Below are positions 25,754 to 35,354 of a stretch of 64,000 nucleotides of DNA, piece by piece. The position numbers and the translations under genes are program-made. The stretch is from Candidatus Woesearchaeota archaeon. Its GTDB lineage: Archaea; Nanobdellota; Nanobdellia; Pacearchaeales; GW2011-AR1. The number at the start of each line of letters is the position of its first letter. Position 1 is the stretch's first letter. A model generated the notes under the pieces. The model did not search any database and was not told where the DNA came from. It saw only the letters and a program-made list of their open reading frames with translations. The DNA lies in the NCBI GenBank assembly GCA_964612895.1, contig CAZTFL010000001.1, forward strand, positions 510,223 to 574,222, read 5' to 3'.

Positions 25754-27922
25754 ATGGATACAAATGATATTTTAAAAAAATATGGAAATAAAATAGAAGA
25801 AAAAATGAATAAATTTAATTCTTCAAATAAGGATATAAATTATAGTAAAAGATACGAATCTTATAAACAAAGTATGTCTCCAGATTTTAGTAAATATGAA
25901 AAATGGTGTAAATCTTTAGGTAATAGTGTAAAAGTAAAGGTAAAACAGAAAGATAGTATTTCAATTCAGAAAAGTATAGATATTGCTCATTTAAATGTTT
26001 CTCCTTCAGAAGTGATGGGATTATCTGCATCTTTAATGATGTTGGCAATATTAGGTGGGTTTTTTTTTGTTATTGCTCTTTTTATGATTTCAAAAACTTT
26101 TAGTGTAATGATGTTGTTTTTATTTTTCTTTTTTGGAATATTTATTTTTTATTTTTCTTCAAAAACTCCAGAAAGATTAGCAATGAAATGGAGATTAAAA
26201 GCTAGTAGTCAGATGGTCCCTGCTTTATTGTATATAGTTGTTTATATGAAACATACTTCTAATTTAGAGAAAGCGGTTGCATTTGCTGCAGAAAATTTAG
26301 AAGATCCTTTATCATCAGATTTTAAAAAGATTTTTTGGGAAGTTCAAAGTAAAAAATTTGCGACCATAAAAGAAGCTTTAGATACTTATTTGGAAACATG
26401 GAGAGATTATTCTTTAGAATTTGTTGAAGCTTTTCATCTTATAGAATCTAGTCTTTTTGAACCTAGTGAATCAAGAAGAGTAGAAATTCTTGAAAGAAGT
26501 ATGTCTGTTATTTTAGATGGGGTTTATGACAAAATGTTAAGGTACACTCATGATGTTAAAAGTCCTTTAACGAATATTTATATGCTTGGAATTGTTTTAC
26601 CTACATTGACTCTTGCGATACTTCCACTTGCTTCAACATTGATGGGTGGTGCAATTAAAGTATCACATTTGATGGTTTTATTTAATTTGATGATTCCATT
26701 TTTTGTTATTTATATGACATATGGTATTATGTTTAAACGTCCTGGAGGATATGGAGATTCTTCTTTGTTAAAAAAAAATCCACTTTATAATAAATATGCG
26801 GATAAAAAATCTTTAAAAAAAGGATTTCTTTTTTCACTACCATTATTTTTAATTGGCTTATTTCCTTTAATTTGGATGTATACTCCCTTGCATAATATTT
26901 TAGGAATGCCAATAGATTGGACTTTTGGGGAATTAGGTCTGAGATTTATGCAACAAACAAATATTTTTGGGATTATTCAAATATCTAACACTAATAAGTA
27001 TGTTGGACCTTTTGGACCTTTATCTTTGATTATGAGCTTATTTATTCCTTTAGGTATTGCAGTTATGTTTTCTTATTCGTTTAAAAAAAGAACTATTGAT
27101 ATGATAAAAGAAAAAGAGAAATATAGAGAAGTTGAAAGCGAATTTACGTCTTCATTGTTTCAATTGGGCAATAGAATTGGGGATGGAATTCCAGCGGAAG
27201 TTGCTTTTGGAAAAGTTTCAGAATCAAGTAAAGGAACTTCTAGTGAGGGTTTTTTTAGATTAGTTAGTGAAAATATAACACATTTTGGTATGAATATTGA
27301 AAGGGCTTTATTTGATCAAGGAAGAGGAGCTCTAGTATTTTATCCGTCTCATTTAATTGTTATGTCTATGAAAATCTTAGTTGAATCAGTAAAGAAGGGA
27401 CTTCAAGTTGCTGCAAAGAGCTTGATGAGTATTTCAGAATATGTAAAAAATATTAAAAAGGTGGAAGATAGATTGAATGATTTATTAGCCGATATAATTA
27501 GTGATATGAAAAGTAATATGAGTTTTTTAGCTCCAATGCTTTCAGGAATAATAATTGGCCTTAGTGGAATGATAACATTAATTATTGGTAATTTAGGGAA
27601 CATGGTAAAGAATGTTGATTCTGGAAGTAGTTCTGTTACAGAGATGGGAAATATAGGTGGAATGTTAGAAATGTTCAATTTAGAGACAATGATTCCTACT
27701 TATTGGTTGCAAATTGTCGTAGGTATTTATTTGATACAAATAGTATTTATTTTAACTTCAACTCTTGTAACAATTAATCATGGAAAAGATGATTTAACAA
27801 ATTTATCTCAAACTGGAATTAATTTAAAGAAAAGTATTTTTTTATATTTCTTAATTTCATTTATTTCTATATTTGCATTAACTATGATTGCAGGAGTTGC
27901 TTTAGCAGGAATTGGAAGTTAA
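25754..27922 (+). CDS. FlaJ/TadC/PilC-like type IV pilus platform membrane protein (two T2SSF-like domains)
   Basis: Polytopic. Two segments fit the T2SSF pattern: NLEKAVAFAAENLEDPLSSDFKKIFWEVQSKKFATIKEALDTY and FTSSLFQLGNRIGDGIPAEVAFGKVSE...FFRLVSENITHFGMNIERAL. Confidence 0.6.
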   Translation: MDTNDILKKYGNKIEEKMNKFNSSNKDINYSKRYESYKQSMSPDFSKYEKWCKSLGNSVKVKVKQKDSISIQKSIDIAHLNVSPSEVMGLSASLMMLAILGGFFFVIALFMISKTFSVMMLFLFFFFGIFIFYFSSKTPERLAMKWRLKASSQMVPALLYIVVYMKHTSNLEKAVAFAAENLEDPLSSDFKKIFWEVQSKKFATIKEALDTYLETWRDYSLEFVEAFHLIESSLFEPSESRRVEILERSMSVILDGVYDKMLRYTHDVKSPLTNIYMLGIVLPTLTLAILPLASTLMGGAIKVSHLMVLFNLMIPFFVIYMTYGIMFKRPGGYGDSSLLKKNPLYNKYADKKSLKKGFLFSLPLFLIGLFPLIWMYTPLHNILGMPIDWTFGELGLRFMQQTNIFGIIQISNTNKYVGPFGPLSLIMSLFIPLGIAVMFSYSFKKRTIDMIKEKEKYREVESEFTSSLFQLGNRIGDGIPAEVAFGKVSESSKGTSSEGFFRLVSENITHFGMNIERALFDQGRGALVFYPSHLIVMSMKILVESVKKGLQVAAKSLMSISEYVKNIKKVEDRLNDLLADIISDMKSNMSFLAPMLSGIIIGLSGMITLIIGNLGNMVKNVDSGSSSVTEMGNIGGMLEMFNLETMIPTYWLQIVVGIYLIQIVFILTSTLVTINHGKDDLTNLSQTGINLKKSIFLYFLISFISIFALTMIAGVALAGIGS

Positions 27923-28545
27923 AAAGTAAATGTTAAAATAAAAAATATAAAAGTAACTACTGTTGTTATTGCCCATAATATTCTATTTCCGAAAAACAAT
28001 TTTGAACCATCTAATCTTGAAATAGGTATTACCGAGGAAATTGCATAATAAGTATTAAATTTTGATAATAATTCAAACCCTAAAAGATATGATATTATCG
28101 ATAAAATAAGATTCGCGAAAATTCCCCAAAATACTATTATAGATAAATCGTGTTCAGTTATTTCAGAAAATCTATAAATTCCATGTCTTTTTGATGCCCT
28201 TTCAGGTTTTGGTTCAACATTAAAAGTTAATATTGGCATCCATTGAAAAAATCCACTAGTGAAAAAACTAACAAAAAGTGGAAACCAAATCATAGGTAAT
28301 GGTGTTTTTAATTTACTTTTTTTTGAGAACCCAATGTGATTAATCGTCCAAATGGAATGTATTACATCAGATTCGTGTAAAACACCAGTAATTTTTTTTA
28401 TAATTACATTAGTAAAAATTGTAATTGATAAAAATAAAAATAATATTATTAAGGGTTCTGTATTTTTATAATTAAATCCGATTGTTAAAAATACAATTGC
28501 TAAAATGATTGCAATAATTTCTTGTGAAAGTTTTTCGTAATTCAT
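27919..28545 (-). CDS. M50 (site-2 protease)-like membrane protein with altered metal motif
   Basis: Polytopic, with IPISRLDGSKLFFG matching the S2P LDG motif. The expected HExxH reads LHESDVIH (HExxxxH). Confidence 0.4.
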   Translation of the reverse strand: MNYEKLSQEIIAIILAIVFLTIGFNYKNTEPLIILFLFLSITIFTNVIIKKITGVLHESDVIHSIWTINHIGFSKKSKLKTPLPMIWFPLFVSFFTSGFFQWMPILTFNVEPKPERASKRHGIYRFSEITEHDLSIIVFWGIFANLILSIISYLLGFELLSKFNTYYAISSVIPISRLDGSKLFFGNRILWAITTVVTFIFFILTFTF

Positions 28546-28583
28546 AAAAAAGAATATGAAATTATTTATTTAAGCGTATTGGT

Positions 28584-29279
28584 TTATTTTCTTTTTTGTA
28601 ATTCTCTATAATTATCAATCAACGGATTCATTAATTTCGATGTTACATCGTGCAAATTTGCAATATCTCTTTTTATCATAGATGTGTTTTCTCCAAACTC
28701 TCCTATTTTTTGAATAATTGCTTGTTGTAATTTGTCAATAGTAGATTCTATTCTTTTTAATCTTGAATCAATATCATTCACTTTATCCTGTGTAGAATTT
28801 TTAAAAGTAGCAATATCTCCATTCTTCTCGTTAAAATCCTTAAATTTTTCTGAAATAACTTGTTCTGCAATTTCTGTTATTGTTTCTGTATCATAGGTCG
28901 GTTGTTGATAATAATCATTTTGATATTCTTGTTGTGGTTGATTATAATAATTAGGATATTGTGCCTGTTGATATTGTTCTTGTTGATATTGCTGTTCTTG
29001 TTGAAAATTGTTTTGTTGTGGTTGATTATAATAATTAGAAGATTGTGCCTGTTGATATTGTTCTTGTTGAAAATTATCTTCTGGATTAGGCGTTGGAATT
29101 TGTATTTCTGGTGATTGAAGTTGTTCTGATTGTATTATTGCATTTTTTATCTGTGCTTGATTAATTGCTTGATTTATTTCTTTAGGAGAGGTTCCTTGTG
29201 ATAATAATGTCGCTGTTATTTGTTCATTACTCATCCCACTTTGTTGTAAGTGTATTACGGTGTCTAATATTGTTACCAT
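28584..29279 (-). CDS. Q/N/Y-rich low-complexity protein with a small N-terminal helical domain and a C-terminal coiled coil
   Basis: The central QQEQYQQAQSSNYYNQPQQNNFQQEQQYQQEQYQQAQYPNYYNQPQQEYQNDYYQQP is encoded by a duplicated 58-nt DNA unit. Confidence 0.5.
   Translation of the reverse strand: MVTILDTVIHLQQSGMSNEQITATLLSQGTSPKEINQAINQAQIKNAIIQSEQLQSPEIQIPTPNPEDNFQQEQYQQAQSSNYYNQPQQNNFQQEQQYQQEQYQQAQYPNYYNQPQQEYQNDYYQQPTYDTETITEIAEQVISEKFKDFNEKNGDIATFKNSTQDKVNDIDSRLKRIESTIDKLQQAIIQKIGEFGENTSMIKRDIANLHDVTSKLMNPLIDNYRELQKRK
28929..29070. repeat. Two copies of a 58-nt unit (85-nt spacing) inside the Q-rich gene
   Basis: TTGTTGTGGTTGATTATAATAATTAG(GAT/AAG)ATTGTGCCTGTTGATATTGTTCTTGTTGA occurs at 28929-28986 and 29014-29071. 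Confidence 0.8.
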
Positions 29280-29281
29280 AT

Positions 29282-29677
29282 TTATTTTATGTTTTTAGAG
29301 TTTATATTTTTTTGTTTATTTATTCTTTGAGGTAAGATATCATTTAAATCTTTTATTCGAACAAATTCTAATGGTTGAAAATCTTTTAACATTCTTTCAA
29401 TTAATGCTAACTCTTCTTTTTTGGCATATTTCCCCGTTTCTTTTATCAAAAAATTAGATGCAGATTTTATTTTTTCAATATCTTCTTCTATTTTAGATAG
29501 TCTTTGTTTTATATTTTTTATTTCTTCTATGCTTTCTTGTTTTGTTTCAACAAAATTTTTCCCTAAGACATGCGTTCTTTCTTTTATTAATTTTATTCTT
29601 TCTTCAACATCTCTTAATCTTGTAGAAATTTCAGATATAAAATATTGATTCGTATCATCCCCTTGACCTTGATCCAT
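29282..29677 (-). CDS. Hypothetical coiled-coil protein
   Basis: Heptad-rich sequence, co-directional with and 2 nt upstream of the Q-rich gene. No family recognised. Confidence 0.4.
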   Translation of the reverse strand: MDQGQGDDTNQYFISEISTRLRDVEERIKLIKERTHVLGKNFVETKQESIEEIKNIKQRLSKIEEDIEKIKSASNFLIKETGKYAKKEELALIERMLKDFQPLEFVRIKDLNDILPQRINKQKNINSKNIK

Positions 29678-29777
29678 AAATTTTATTGTTTTTTATAATT
29701 TATATATGTTAAGGTAATTTTTTAAATAAATTATTTTTAACCCAAAACCTTTTAAATGAAAAATATTTCTTGATTCT

Positions 29778-30137
29778 ATGAAAATTGGAAGAAAAATTAG
29801 CGGAGGAAGGTATAAGCGTCCTAAAAAGAAGAGTAAGACTGGAAGGCAAAATCAATCAAGAATAGTAAAATTAGCAGAAAATAGAAGAAAGATAATGAAA
29901 TGTAGAGGTGGAAATAAAAAAATAGTAATGTTGGCTGGAAATGTTTGTAATATAATAGTTAATGGAAAAGCTCAAAAAGCTACTATAACTAATGTAATAG
30001 AAACACCTTCAAATATGTTTCTTGCTCGTCAAAATGTTTTGTTAAAAGGGTCTGTTATTAATACTAATTTAGGAAAAGCAAAAATTACAAATAGGCCATC
30101 ACAGGAAGGTCAAATTCAGGCCGTATTAATCGAATAA
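29778..30137 (+). CDS. rps8e: 30S ribosomal protein S8e
   Basis: GRKISGGRYKRPKKKSK...RGGNKKIVMLAGNVCNI...VIETPSN...LARQNVLLKGSVINT. Confidence 0.85.
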   Translation: MKIGRKISGGRYKRPKKKSKTGRQNQSRIVKLAENRRKIMKCRGGNKKIVMLAGNVCNIIVNGKAQKATITNVIETPSNMFLARQNVLLKGSVINTNLGKAKITNRPSQEGQIQAVLIE

Positions 30138-30188
30138 CTATAGAAATGCTTTAATATAATATTTTATTTATTTTTACAGGAGTTTATT

Positions 30189-32456
30189 ATGTTTGGAGAG
30201 GGAAGTGTTTTGTATTCTACGGAAGTCGTCAGAGAGAGTGGCGAGAATGTTATGTATATAAATTACATGGGTGCAAGTTTTGTTCCAAATTTGTCTGATT
30301 CTTTTGAAGTAATGGCTAGAACAGTAGATGCTTTATTGGAAGATCCAAATGTAAGTCGTGTTGTTTTTGTTCAACAAAGAAATTATAGCCATAATTTTTC
30401 ACAAATTAAATTACTTTTGAGCGTTTCTCAACTTTATGAATTTTTAGTAAAACAAGAAAAAGTTGTTTCTGTTGATGTTTTAGGGAATTTAGGATATTTT
30501 TACGAAGAAGCTTATTCTTTTTTTAATTATATTATTAATGAATTATTGAAAGGAGATCCTATTAGGGCATATAGAGAATTAAAAGGTGCTTTATTCGAGC
30601 AAAGAGCATTATCTGAAAAAGGATATGATAATATTTCTTATATAAGGATTCTAGAAAAGATAATTAAATATTTTGATGACATTGAATTAATTGAAAAATC
30701 TAAGAAATTTTTCGATAGATATAAAATTGGTGAAAGAGAAATTTATTCTGAATTTTTTAGAGCAGATATTATGCCTAATTTTACATTTACGAGAATGGTT
30801 TCAAAAATACCAGAAGATGCAGAAATATTAGAGCAGTATGAAATATCTAAAGAGGGAGAATATTCTTTTGTTACAATATATAAAAGTCCGAATAATACAA
30901 AATATGTTTATCATCTAAGTCCACCAGAATATAGTTTAAATGAAGAACAGCATATGCTGTTAAATCTTGCAAAAAATGTTTTAGTTGAACATAAACCAGA
31001 GCAAAATAAATTTAATGACTCTCAAAGAACTCGTCAAGTTTTTTTTAATGTTAGTAAGGATTTATTGAGAGATTTGGCACATAATAAAAAGATTAACTTA
31101 AATTATGATGATACAAATAAACTTGCAAATATATTGGTTAGACATACAATTGGCTTTGGCATATTAGAAGTTTTATTAGATGATGAAGGACTTCAGGATA
31201 TAATGGTTAATGCTCCTGTTAGTTTAAGTAATATTTTTGTTCTACATAATGATTATGGCGAATGTGATACTAATATAATTCCTTCGCAAGAAGATGCGGA
31301 TTCATGGGCTACAAAATTTAGAATGAGTAGTGGGAGAGCTTTGGATGAAGCAAACCCTATATTAGATACAAATTTGGAATTACCTAATGCAAGTGCTAGG
31401 GTAGCTATAATTCAGGAACCTTTAAGCGATGGTGGACTTGCCTATACTCTTAGAAGACATAGAAATAAACCATGGACTCTTCCATTATTTATGAAAAATA
31501 AAATGATTGATGGATTAGGTGCTGGATTATTGTCTTTTATGGTTGATGGTGCTAGAACAATGTTGGTTGCTGGAACTCGTTCAAGTGGTAAGACTTCTTT
31601 ATTATCTAGTCTATTGTTAGAAATTATGCCTAATCATAGAATTATTACAATAGAAGATACATTAGAATTGCCAGTTTCTGATTTAAGAAGAATGTCTTAT
31701 GATATATTAAGCATGAAAGTTCGTAGTTCTTTGAGTGGAGAAACTAATGAAGTGAGTGCGACTGAAGGAATTAGAGCAAGTCTTCGTCTTGGAGATTCTT
31801 CTTTAATTGTTGGAGAAATAAGAAGTGATGAAGCAAAGGCATTATATGAAGCTATGAGAGTTGGTGCTTTGGCAAATGTTGTTGCTGGAACTATTCATGG
31901 TGGAAGTCCTTATGCTGTTTTCGATAGAGTTGTTAATGATTTAGGGGTTCCAGTTACTTCATTTAAGGCTACTGATCTAATTATTGTAGCTAATCCTATA
32001 AAAAGCGCGGATGGTCTTAATTCTTTTAGAAGAGTTCTTTCTATTAGTGAAGTACGTAAACATTGGGAAAAAGATCCACTAGTTGAAGGAGGTTTTGTTG
32101 ATTTGATGAAATATGATGTAAATAAAGACAAATTAGAACCTACGGATGATTTGATGAACGGAGATAGTGAAATAATAAAGTCAATAGCAGGAAATGTTAA
32201 AGGTTGGGCAGGTAATTGGGATAATGTCTGGGATAATATAAAATTAAGACAAATGATTAAAGAAGAAATTGTTAGTTATTCGAATAAATTAAAAAATAAT
32301 GATTTATTAGAAGCAGAATTTACAATAAAAAGTAATAATGCATTTCATCAGATAAGTAATAAAGTGACCGAAGAAATTGGTTTGCCAGAGAGTAAAATTG
32401 TATTTCCTAGATGGAAAATTTGGTTAGATAATGAAATAAAAAAGATGAATAAATAA
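30189..32456 (+). CDS. FlaI/PilB-type secretion ATPase (archaeal type IV pilus assembly ATPase) with a long N-terminal domain
   Basis: Walker A GTRSSGKTS, Asp box IITIEDTLEL, Walker B SLIVGEIRSDEA, His box VAGTIHGGS. Confidence 0.85.
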   Translation: MFGEGSVLYSTEVVRESGENVMYINYMGASFVPNLSDSFEVMARTVDALLEDPNVSRVVFVQQRNYSHNFSQIKLLLSVSQLYEFLVKQEKVVSVDVLGNLGYFYEEAYSFFNYIINELLKGDPIRAYRELKGALFEQRALSEKGYDNISYIRILEKIIKYFDDIELIEKSKKFFDRYKIGEREIYSEFFRADIMPNFTFTRMVSKIPEDAEILEQYEISKEGEYSFVTIYKSPNNTKYVYHLSPPEYSLNEEQHMLLNLAKNVLVEHKPEQNKFNDSQRTRQVFFNVSKDLLRDLAHNKKINLNYDDTNKLANILVRHTIGFGILEVLLDDEGLQDIMVNAPVSLSNIFVLHNDYGECDTNIIPSQEDADSWATKFRMSSGRALDEANPILDTNLELPNASARVAIIQEPLSDGGLAYTLRRHRNKPWTLPLFMKNKMIDGLGAGLLSFMVDGARTMLVAGTRSSGKTSLLSSLLLEIMPNHRIITIEDTLELPVSDLRRMSYDILSMKVRSSLSGETNEVSATEGIRASLRLGDSSLIVGEIRSDEAKALYEAMRVGALANVVAGTIHGGSPYAVFDRVVNDLGVPVTSFKATDLIIVANPIKSADGLNSFRRVLSISEVRKHWEKDPLVEGGFVDLMKYDVNKDKLEPTDDLMNGDSEIIKSIAGNVKGWAGNWDNVWDNIKLRQMIKEEIVSYSNKLKNNDLLEAEFTIKSNNAFHQISNKVTEEIGLPESKIVFPRWKIWLDNEIKKMNK

Positions 32457-32458
32457 TT

Positions 32459-32938
32459 TTATTTTTTTGTTAAAATTCCAGAGACAACTATTGATATTAT
32501 TATAAGTAATATAAATTGAAACCATTCTTTTTGCATCCATGAAAATACACTTGTAAAATTAAGTGTCCAATGAAAAACATATGTAGCACTTGTTATGAAA
32601 AATATTATTAATAATATTAATACTACCCAACTAAACCAACTTCCGCTATGTAAAAATTCTAAAGGATTTTCATCTTTTTTTAGTATTGGCATAAAAGATA
32701 ATAATATAAAAATTAAAAAAATTATTATTATGAATACACTTATCCAAGAAGATGTAAATTGAACAAATTTTACTAATTGAGCTTCAACAATAAAAAAACT
32801 TGCTAGAATAAGAGATATTAATATACTAATTTTTGGATTATCTCCTAATACCTTATTTTTTTGTAAAAATGCATATGAAACAATAAAAACTAAAAGAAAA
32901 GAAAATATGGGTAAAAAATAATTAAAATAATTCTCCAT
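32459..32938 (-). CDS. Small polytopic membrane protein, paralog family A
   Basis: N-terminal FLLVFIVSYAFLQKNKVLGDN is shared with the 32943 and 44719 products. Confidence 0.45.
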   Translation of the reverse strand: MENYFNYFLPIFSFLLVFIVSYAFLQKNKVLGDNPKISILISLILASFFIVEAQLVKFVQFTSSWISVFIIIIFLIFILLSFMPILKKDENPLEFLHSGSWFSWVVLILLIIFFITSATYVFHWTLNFTSVFSWMQKEWFQFILLIIISIVVSGILTKK

Positions 32939-32942
32939 TTTA

Positions 32943-33446
32943 TTATTTAGATTTGCTTCCCTCCGAATTATTACTACCTTTTATTCCAGAGATAATTAAT
33001 GCCGTCGTTACTCCTAATAAAACAAGAGTCCAAAAGTAATCTTTAATCCACGAGAATATTCCAGGATAAGATTTCCAATTATTAAAACTCGTTAGAGACC
33101 AAAGAATAATTCCTCCCGCTAATATCCAACCAATCCAATCTTTTTTTATTAGATTTTTTTCTTCAGTTGAAAAAAATCCCATTAACAAAATTATAACTAT
33201 AAAAATTGCCAATCCTATTCCTAATTTCGGAAAAATATTTGCAAAAAATGATGGAACAATATCAAATTGAATTGAAGATAATCCTATAGTTAAAGACACA
33301 ATAACCATTATGGCCTTGTTATTTCCAAGTACTTTTGTTTTATCTAGTAATGCAAAAACTATTGCAAAAACAAGTAAAAATGGTATTACATAAGAAAAAA
33401 CTCCCATTTGATTCCAAGAATTTAGTAAATCAGTTATCGTAATCAT
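32943..33446 (-). CDS. Small polytopic membrane protein, paralog family A
   Basis: FLLVFAIVFALLDKTKVLGNNKA; same architecture as its neighbour. Confidence 0.45.
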   Translation of the reverse strand: MITITDLLNSWNQMGVFSYVIPFLLVFAIVFALLDKTKVLGNNKAIMVIVSLTIGLSSIQFDIVPSFFANIFPKLGIGLAIFIVIILLMGFFSTEEKNLIKKDWIGWILAGGIILWSLTSFNNWKSYPGIFSWIKDYFWTLVLLGVTTALIISGIKGSNNSEGSKSK

Positions 33447-33494
33447 AAGTTATCAAGAAGTATTATATTTATATATGTTTTGGGATATTGAAAA

Positions 33495-34673
33495 TTATAT
33501 TGGTAAATAGTATATTATCGTTGGGATTAGAATGCAACTCATCATATTGGTTTTTTGAACATTTAATTTTATCGATAATGTACCAATTAAGATTGCGATT
33601 ATATAAACTAAGATTCCATAAATTTTTGAAACGATAAAAATAAGAATAGTTACAAATATTAGTATTAAGATTCTAATTTTCTTTAAATCGATTTTATTAA
33701 TTCTTTTTGAAATAAACTTTGATAAGATGTTCGTTAATTTTGCTGATAAAATAGATGTTATTAGAATAGTTAAAACTATTAATTTTATTTCTTCTGTTGT
33801 TAAATATGTTAATTGAGAAATAGCTAAGGATGCTCCACTTCTTGTTTTATTTATTAAAAATAATGTGATAAAGGATGTACTTAAAACAAGTGTGTTTATA
33901 GAACCTAATAAAATCATTGTTTTTTCATCAGATGTATTTTTATTTGGAATTAACATTGACGCTTGACTAGCTCCAAGTCCAGGGAGAAGTGAACAAAATG
34001 GAGAAATGATTATAGTTTTTATCATTATTCTAGTTATTTCTCTTATTGTATACTTTTCTTCGTAAATATTTTGTTTTTCAATATTTTGATTTTCTTTAGA
34101 ATAAATTAATGTTGATATTCCGAAAAATCCTGTTAATAAAGGAGTTAACGGTTCTTTTATTGTAGAATTTAACGTAAAAAATCCCAATAACCCACAGCAT
34201 AATATTATTAAAATAGTCTCGCATCTGTTCTTTGTTCTATATATTGATATTATTATTACCCAAAATAAAATCCAAGGAAACATTATCTCAATTTTATCAT
34301 AAATTTTTGGAATAAAATAAACAAAAGGAATTAATATTATTAAAAAAGCGAAAATTGCGATAATAGAACCTTTTATTGTATTATTTATTGCTAAATGTCC
34401 AAGTCCCCTTGAAAATAATTTTTGTCCAGGTGTAGAAACGATAGCAGTGTCAGGAGATATTGAAAAGAAATAAATCGATGGTATAAAATCAGTAAATGTA
34501 TGTGTTATTGAGAGTGATACTATATATACAATAGCTATATTTGTAGGGATTTTATATATAATAGTGGAAGATAGAAGAATTGTTGTTACCAAATTATTAT
34601 GAATACCTGGCAACAAGCCTGTTATTGTTCCAGAGATTATACCTAATAATATTGTTAAAATTATTTTAATCAT
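33495..34673 (-). CDS. TctA/DUF112-like transporter membrane protein
   Basis: Polytopic, with two GxxPGxG-type motifs (GTITGLLPGIHNNL and CSLLPGLGASQASML). Confidence 0.45.
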   Translation of the reverse strand: MIKIILTILLGIISGTITGLLPGIHNNLVTTILLSSTIIYKIPTNIAIVYIVSLSITHTFTDFIPSIYFFSISPDTAIVSTPGQKLFSRGLGHLAINNTIKGSIIAIFAFLIILIPFVYFIPKIYDKIEIMFPWILFWVIIISIYRTKNRCETILIILCCGLLGFFTLNSTIKEPLTPLLTGFFGISTLIYSKENQNIEKQNIYEEKYTIREITRIMIKTIIISPFCSLLPGLGASQASMLIPNKNTSDEKTMILLGSINTLVLSTSFITLFLINKTRSGASLAISQLTYLTTEEIKLIVLTILITSILSAKLTNILSKFISKRINKIDLKKIRILILIFVTILIFIVSKIYGILVYIIAILIGTLSIKLNVQKTNMMSCILIPTIIYYLPI

Positions 34674-34725
34674 ATAATTTTATTATTATTTTTTTATATG
34701 ATTTTTATATATAAAATGGGATAAT

Positions 34726-35010
34726 TTATTGATTAATTTTTATTACTTTTTCTGCAATAAATTGTTCCTTTAATTTGTAGTTTTGTAATTTTCCTATTGC
34801 ATGTATTTTGTCATTAATATTAATTTTTATATTTGCGGAATCAAATATTGTTATCGTTGTATCAGTTTCTTTTAATTTTATTATTATTTTGCTATTACTG
34901 TATTCAATATTTTTCACAATTCCAACCATTTCGTCTAATTTGTTTATACTAATATATCCTACTAATATTGTCAATAATAAAATAAAATTTATTAAAAAAA
35001 TTGTTTTCAT
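34726..35010 (-). CDS. Small membrane-anchored protein, OB-fold-like
   Basis: An N-terminal TM, then a beta-rich segment VGIVKNIEYSNSKIIIKLKETDTTITIFDS...IHAIGKL. Weak call. Confidence 0.3.
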   Translation of the reverse strand: MKTIFLINFILLLTILVGYISINKLDEMVGIVKNIEYSNSKIIIKLKETDTTITIFDSANIKININDKIHAIGKLQNYKLKEQFIAEKVIKINQ

Positions 35011-35354
35011 AAAGAAAGTTGTTTTAATTTTTCCTGGATACTTTCCAATTCTTCATCGATTTTTGTAGGCATTTTCTTTGTACTAACAATAGATATTTCT
35101 GATTTTACAATTTTTTTATTTTTTGGTAATCTTTGGTTAAATTTTTCAAGTTCTTTTTTTATTTCCGATAGTGTTTTTTCTAATTGTTTTTTGTATAAAT
35201 CCTTTATTTTTTTAGTTTCTTCAATTTGTTGTGTTAAAATTAGATTTTTTTTTATAAGTAATTGAATCTTTAATCCTCTTATTTTATTATTCCTATAATC
35301 TTCAAAAGAAATCGGAACAAAAACGCTTTCATTTTCCATTTTACAATTTTCCAA
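35007..35354 (-). CDS. Hypothetical coiled-coil protein
   Basis: ORF only; K/E/L-rich heptads; overlaps both neighbours, suggesting an operon. Confidence 0.35.
   Translation of the reverse strand: MENCKMENESVFVPISFEDYRNNKIRGLKIQLLIKKNLILTQQIEETKKIKDLYKKQLEKTLSEIKKELEKFNQRLPKNKKIVKSEISIVSTKKMPTKIDEELESIQEKLKQLSL

Noticed and set aside
28860-29648. Track ORFs 28860-29114 (+) and 29421-29648 (+).
   Set aside because: They are antisense shadows of the Q-rich and coiled-coil genes. Their L/I/F-rich translations are the complement of Q/E/K codons.
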